From Candidatus Kuenenia stuttgartensis (GTDB taxonomy: Bacteria; Planctomycetota; JAKEIC01; DYIT01): a stretch of 64,000 nucleotides of DNA. A program made the translations under genes and the position numbers. Below, piece after piece: positions 60,222-64,000 of this stretch. The stretch spans positions 74,870-138,869 of the forward strand of contig DYIT01000001.1 in the NCBI GenBank assembly GCA_020723505.1, read 5' to 3'. The notes under the pieces were generated by a model. The model was not told the DNA's origin and did no database searches. It saw only the letters and a program-made list of their open reading frames with translations. Each line of letters opens with the position of its first letter. Position 1 is the first letter of the stretch.

Positions 60222-61952
60222 TCACGGTCCACGGTCCGCCGATTCCATGCTTCCCTGCTTTAAGACCATGAACGGCCCGATGGCCAGATGCCTGAGACCT
60301 GACGCGAAGAAAGTCCTGATCGCGTCCTCGGGCGTGCAGACAATCGGCTCGCCTCTGAGGTTGAAGGAAGTGTTGAGAACGGCGGGGATTCCGGTCAGCC
60401 TCTCGAAAGCCGCGATGATTCCGAAAAGGCCGGGATTGTCCTCCTTTCCGACCACCTGAGGCCTCGCCGTGCCGTCCACGTGCACGGTCTGAGAAAGCCT
60501 CTTTCTCCAGGATTCCGCGACATGGAAGCTCAGGGTCATCCATGGGCACGGATGCGACGATTGGAGGATTTCCCGCGCATGGCCCGAAAGCAGCGCAGGA
60601 CAGAAGGGCCTCCACGCCTCGCGGAACTTGATGGTCCTGTTAATCAGGTCCGCGGTGCCCGGAAGTCCCGGATGGGCGAGTATGCTCCTGTTCCCGAGCG
60701 CCCTGGGTCCCCATTCCATGGCCCCTTCGAACCGCGCCACCGGATCGCCTGCGGCGAGCAGGGCGGCGGTTTCCGATGCCAGGTCCGCGGGTCTCCGGAA
60801 AGGGATTCCCAGCGTCGCCAGCATGGCGGAGATGCGCGCTTCGCCGAACGAGGGCCCGAGGAACGCAGTTTCCATGGGGGCAACCCTGCCGCCTTCCCGG
60901 AACGCGGCGCTGACCGCCGCCCCGAGCGACCCCCCGGCGTCGTTGGCCGCCGGCTGCACGAAAACCCTCTTCACTCCCGGAACTTGAAGCAGCCTGCCGT
61001 TCGCCCGGACGTTCAGGGCGAGGCCGCCTGCAAGGCAGAGGTTTCCCCCGGTTTCGCGCAGCGCCGGCCCCAGATCCCCGGTCACGATGGACTCTATCGT
61101 CTCCTCGACGAATTTCTGCACTGCCGCCGCGATGTGGATGTACGGCTCAGAAAGCCCGTCCCCGGTCCTCGGCGGGCCGAATTTCTCCCTGAAGAGCCTG
61201 GAATAGTACTTCGCGCCGTCCCGGTATCTCGAAGGCCCGAAGACGTCCGCGGGGCTCACACGGAAATCCCTGCCCTTCCCGGCGACTATCGGACTCAGGT
61301 CGGCGCGGGCAGGATCCCCATAGGGCGCCATGCCCATGAGCTTGTACTCGCCGTCGTTCGCTCCCAGGCCGAGATACTCGGTGAAAGCCGTATAGACCGT
61401 CCCCAGGGACTGCGGGAGGAAATAGCGCTTCAGGACCCTGATGCCGCTTTCCGATCCGAGCCCGAGGAGCATCGAGTCGAATTCCCCCATCGCGTCCATG
61501 CTGAGAACCGCCGCCTGCTCCATGCCGGAGACGTGGAACGCCGACGCGGCATGCGAAAGGTGGTGGGGAACGAAGCGTATCAGCGGACCGCCCTCCATGA
61601 ACCCGAGCTCGGAGAGCATGGTCTCGATGCTCTTCATCTCCTTCTTCCACCTGCTTCCGGTCCTTGCGACCGCCCTGATTCCGGAAAGCGGCAGTCTCAG
61701 GTGATTGAGCAGGAACCTCCATCTGTTGGCGGCGTAAGCCTCGAACGACCATGGGTAGGCCACGATGTCCACGTCGCGGGGATCGACGCCGGCCGACTCC
61801 ATGCAGAACCGCGCGGCGGAAACGGGCATGCGGCCGGGAGCATGCTTCACCCTTGCGAACCGCTCTTCTTCGGCGGCTGCCGCTATGCGGCCGTCAATGA
61901 CCAGGGCCGCCGAAGGATCGTGCGCCGCCCTGGTCAACCCGAGAATGATCAT
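60222..61952 (-). CDS. Carbamoyltransferase (NodU/CmcH/TobZ family)
   Basis: HDPSAAL, EEERFARVKH, HHLSHAAS, EYKLMGMAPYG, QPAANDAG, GPRALGNRSIL, HVDGTARPQ, LNTSFNLRGEP. Confidence 0.95.
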   Translation of the reverse strand: MIILGLTRAAHDPSAALVIDGRIAAAAEEERFARVKHAPGRMPVSAARFCMESAGVDPRDVDIVAYPWSFEAYAANRWRFLLNHLRLPLSGIRAVARTGSRWKKEMKSIETMLSELGFMEGGPLIRFVPHHLSHAASAFHVSGMEQAAVLSMDAMGEFDSMLLGLGSESGIRVLKRYFLPQSLGTVYTAFTEYLGLGANDGEYKLMGMAPYGDPARADLSPIVAGKGRDFRVSPADVFGPSRYRDGAKYYSRLFREKFGPPRTGDGLSEPYIHIAAAVQKFVEETIESIVTGDLGPALRETGGNLCLAGGLALNVRANGRLLQVPGVKRVFVQPAANDAGGSLGAAVSAAFREGGRVAPMETAFLGPSFGEARISAMLATLGIPFRRPADLASETAALLAAGDPVARFEGAMEWGPRALGNRSILAHPGLPGTADLINRTIKFREAWRPFCPALLSGHAREILQSSHPCPWMTLSFHVAESWRKRLSQTVHVDGTARPQVVGKEDNPGLFGIIAAFERLTGIPAVLNTSFNLRGEPIVCTPEDAIRTFFASGLRHLAIGPFMVLKQGSMESADRGP

Positions 61953-62185
61953 CCTGTTCACCCTGTCTTGTTCGACGGGCGGGCAAACGCCCGGGTTTGC
62001 GGAATAGCCTGCATAAAGACCGGATTCAACCGGCCGCTCCGGGAACAAACCCGGTTGCGGCGTCGCCGTACTGGAGTATAATATATTCATTTGCCGGAGC
62101 GACCTCATCCAAATGCGGTCGTAATTCCCGGTCTTCGGGGGGGGGAATGCATTTTATATCAAGCTGCTGAAGGAGTTGCGTCGGA

Positions 62186-63166
62186 GTGTCTGCGCCCGAA
62201 GTCTCGATTGTGATAGTGAACTTCAAGTCGGGAGATCTGCTCCGCGATTGCCTGGACAAGGTCTTCGAATCGCGGAACGCCCTTTCCGTCGAAGTCATCG
62301 TAGTGGACAACTGTTCGAGCGGAGACTGTCCGGAAAGGATCCGGAACCGGCATCCGGAGGTCAGATTCATATGCAACGACCTGAACCTGGGATTTGCGAC
62401 CGCCGTGAACCAGGGGATACGCGCAAGTTCGGGCCGTTTCATACTGGCGATGAATCCCGATACGCGATTTCTGCAGGACGGCATTGGCCGGCTTATTGCA
62501 TTCGCGGAGGAGAAATTCCGGGCGGAAAACGCAGGCATCTTCGGCTGCAGGCTCCTCAACAGCGACGGCACTCTGCAGTTCTCGAAGGGCAGGTTCCCGA
62601 CCCTGGCCAGGACGCTGTTTGACGTCCTGAAACCGAGGAGGTGGAGGAAGTACGACCATTCGGGGTACGATTCCGCCTCTGAGCCCGACTGGGTCACGGG
62701 CGCATGCATCCTCATCCGCCGCGAGGTCATCGAGGAGGTCGGATTGCTCGACGAGAACTACTTCATGTATTACGAAGACGTCGATCTCTGCTACAGGGCC
62801 CGGAAAAAAGGTTTCCGCGTCCTCTACTTCCCGGGAACCCATGTATACCACTTCTATCCTCATTCCCAGAGGAGGGGCGACAGGGACTTCATCCCGGTCG
62901 AAATCCGCCGGTCTCACCTCTATTTCTACCGGAAGCACTACTCTCGCGCCGCGTACTGCGCGCTCTGGTGCCTTACGGTCGGTTTCGCGGTCGGACTCGC
63001 CGCCATGTCGCCGCTGCGCTCGGTTTTCAAGCCCGGGACGCCGGCGGGGAACACCGGCGCCAGGCTCCTGAAAGACCTGTTCCTCAACGGATTCGGTCAT
63101 GGCAGGGCCTATTCCATCAACGGGACCATCGTGGCGAATCCGGACAGGACATGCACGGCATCTTGA
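62186..63166 (+). CDS. GT2 glycosyltransferase (WbbL-like)
   Basis: SIVIVNF, VDNCS, NLGFA..NQG, MNPD, WVTGAC, DENYFMYYEDVDLCYR. Confidence 0.92.
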   Translation: MSAPEVSIVIVNFKSGDLLRDCLDKVFESRNALSVEVIVVDNCSSGDCPERIRNRHPEVRFICNDLNLGFATAVNQGIRASSGRFILAMNPDTRFLQDGIGRLIAFAEEKFRAENAGIFGCRLLNSDGTLQFSKGRFPTLARTLFDVLKPRRWRKYDHSGYDSASEPDWVTGACILIRREVIEEVGLLDENYFMYYEDVDLCYRARKKGFRVLYFPGTHVYHFYPHSQRRGDRDFIPVEIRRSHLYFYRKHYSRAAYCALWCLTVGFAVGLAAMSPLRSVFKPGTPAGNTGARLLKDLFLNGFGHGRAYSINGTIVANPDRTCTAS

Positions 63167-63180
63167 GTTGAAGGGTTCCG

Positions 63181-64000
63181 ATGCCCGTCCAGCCGATTTC
63201 ATCCCGCCATTCCGAATCGGACGGCCGTCCGGGATTGCCCCTTGCCGGCCTTGCGGCAGGAGGCGCGTTCCTGCTCGTCTTCGCCGGCATGAGGATTTTC
63301 TCCGCCGCCCTGGAGCCCGTGCCGGACGTCGACTCCGTCAGGTTTTTCGCCCTTGCCGAGCGCTGGATTTCCGGGGAATTCGGCCCGGCGCTGCACCACC
63401 CGTATCATCCCCTCTACCCGATTGTCCTCGGGGCGTGGCTTAAGCTCTTTCCATGGCCCGAACCCGCCGGCCATGCTCTCTCAATCGTCCTGAGCGTCCT
63501 TGCGCTCCTCCCGCTCGCCTTGTCCGCCAGGGAAATCGGAGGCGCCCGCGCCGCATGGGCGACGGCCGCCATTTTCGCCCTCGCTCCGGTTCCCTTCAGG
63601 CTCTCCGCGTCAATCCTAACCGAGCCGCTCTTCATCCTCCTCGCAGCCTGGCTGTCATGGGCCTGCCTTCTGGCGGTTCAAAGGCATGGGCTCCGCTGGT
63701 TCGCCCTCGCCGGGCTCTTCGCGGGACTCGCCTACTTCACCAGGCCCGAGGGGCCCGCGCCCCTGGCCGCCATGGCGGCAGCGGTTTCTCCGGCGGCTTT
63801 CCTGGCGGCCGCGGCGCTGGTCAGGCAAAAGCAGGCCCGCGCGACCGCGGAGGTTGGCCGCCCGCCCGAATCAGCCGGACCTGGAACGCCGGGCAGGCAT
63901 CCCGCCGAAGCCGGCGACGCCCGGCGGTTGGCGTCGATTCTGCTGTGCATTTCAGCGGCTGCCGCGGTTTTCGCCGCGGTCGCCGCGCCGTACATGCTTT
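63181..64000 (+). CDS. GT-C (ArnT/PMT-like, GT39/83) membrane glycosyltransferase, 3'-truncated; absent from the ORF track
   Basis: Own translation from ATG 63181: ...PDVDSVRFFALA...HPYHPLYPIVLG...SILTEPLFILL...GLAYFTRPEG, open to the window end. Confidence 0.75.
   Translation, partial: MPVQPISSRHSESDGRPGLPLAGLAAGGAFLLVFAGMRIFSAALEPVPDVDSVRFFALAERWISGEFGPALHHPYHPLYPIVLGAWLKLFPWPEPAGHALSIVLSVLALLPLALSAREIGGARAAWATAAIFALAPVPFRLSASILTEPLFILLAAWLSWACLLAVQRHGLRWFALAGLFAGLAYFTRPEGPAPLAAMAAAVSPAAFLAAAALVRQKQARATAEVGRPPESAGPGTPGRHPAEAGDARRLASILLCISAAAAVFAAVAAPYML

Overview
GC-rich bacterial DNA. The gene content (Ser/Thr kinase-FGE fusion, ASPIC/UnbV protein, ABC-2 accessory trio) is suggestive of Planctomycetota, but this is inference only. 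1-9.7 kb: 5'-truncated EF-G-like gene, then pilT-pilB-pilC, a PilS-like kinase and a polytopic GT-C-like/TPR gene. pilB is broken by an in-frame loss of the His-box plus an amber codon. 9.7-28 kb: accessory mosaic (nucleotidyltransferase, ABC-F, mscL, ASPIC/UnbV, an AT-rich frameshifted HEAT-ankyrin lipoprotein, kinase-FGE, LhgO-like oxidase, an exported DnaJ-type Zn-finger protein). Its intergenic gaps are packed with several small repeat families and gene remnants, including a GxxExxY remnant inside 30-bp TTAA-ended inverted repeats. The kinase gene carries at least four in-frame insertions of the same 7-mer repeats seen between genes. 28-54.6 kb: Wzm/Wzt-dependent surface-glycan locus with many GT2/GT4 enzymes, six methyltransferase-like genes, galE, a radical SAM/SPASM enzyme and a PIG-L-GT2-coiled coil-GT2-GT2 protein. 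54.6-64 kb: ABC-2 system with a degenerate ATPase, a 44-bp tandem repeat, a carbamoyltransferase, a GT2 and a 3'-truncated GT-C gene. No rRNA, tRNA, CRISPR array, integrase or intact transposase was recognised. All calls were made by eye from motifs; no database searches were run.
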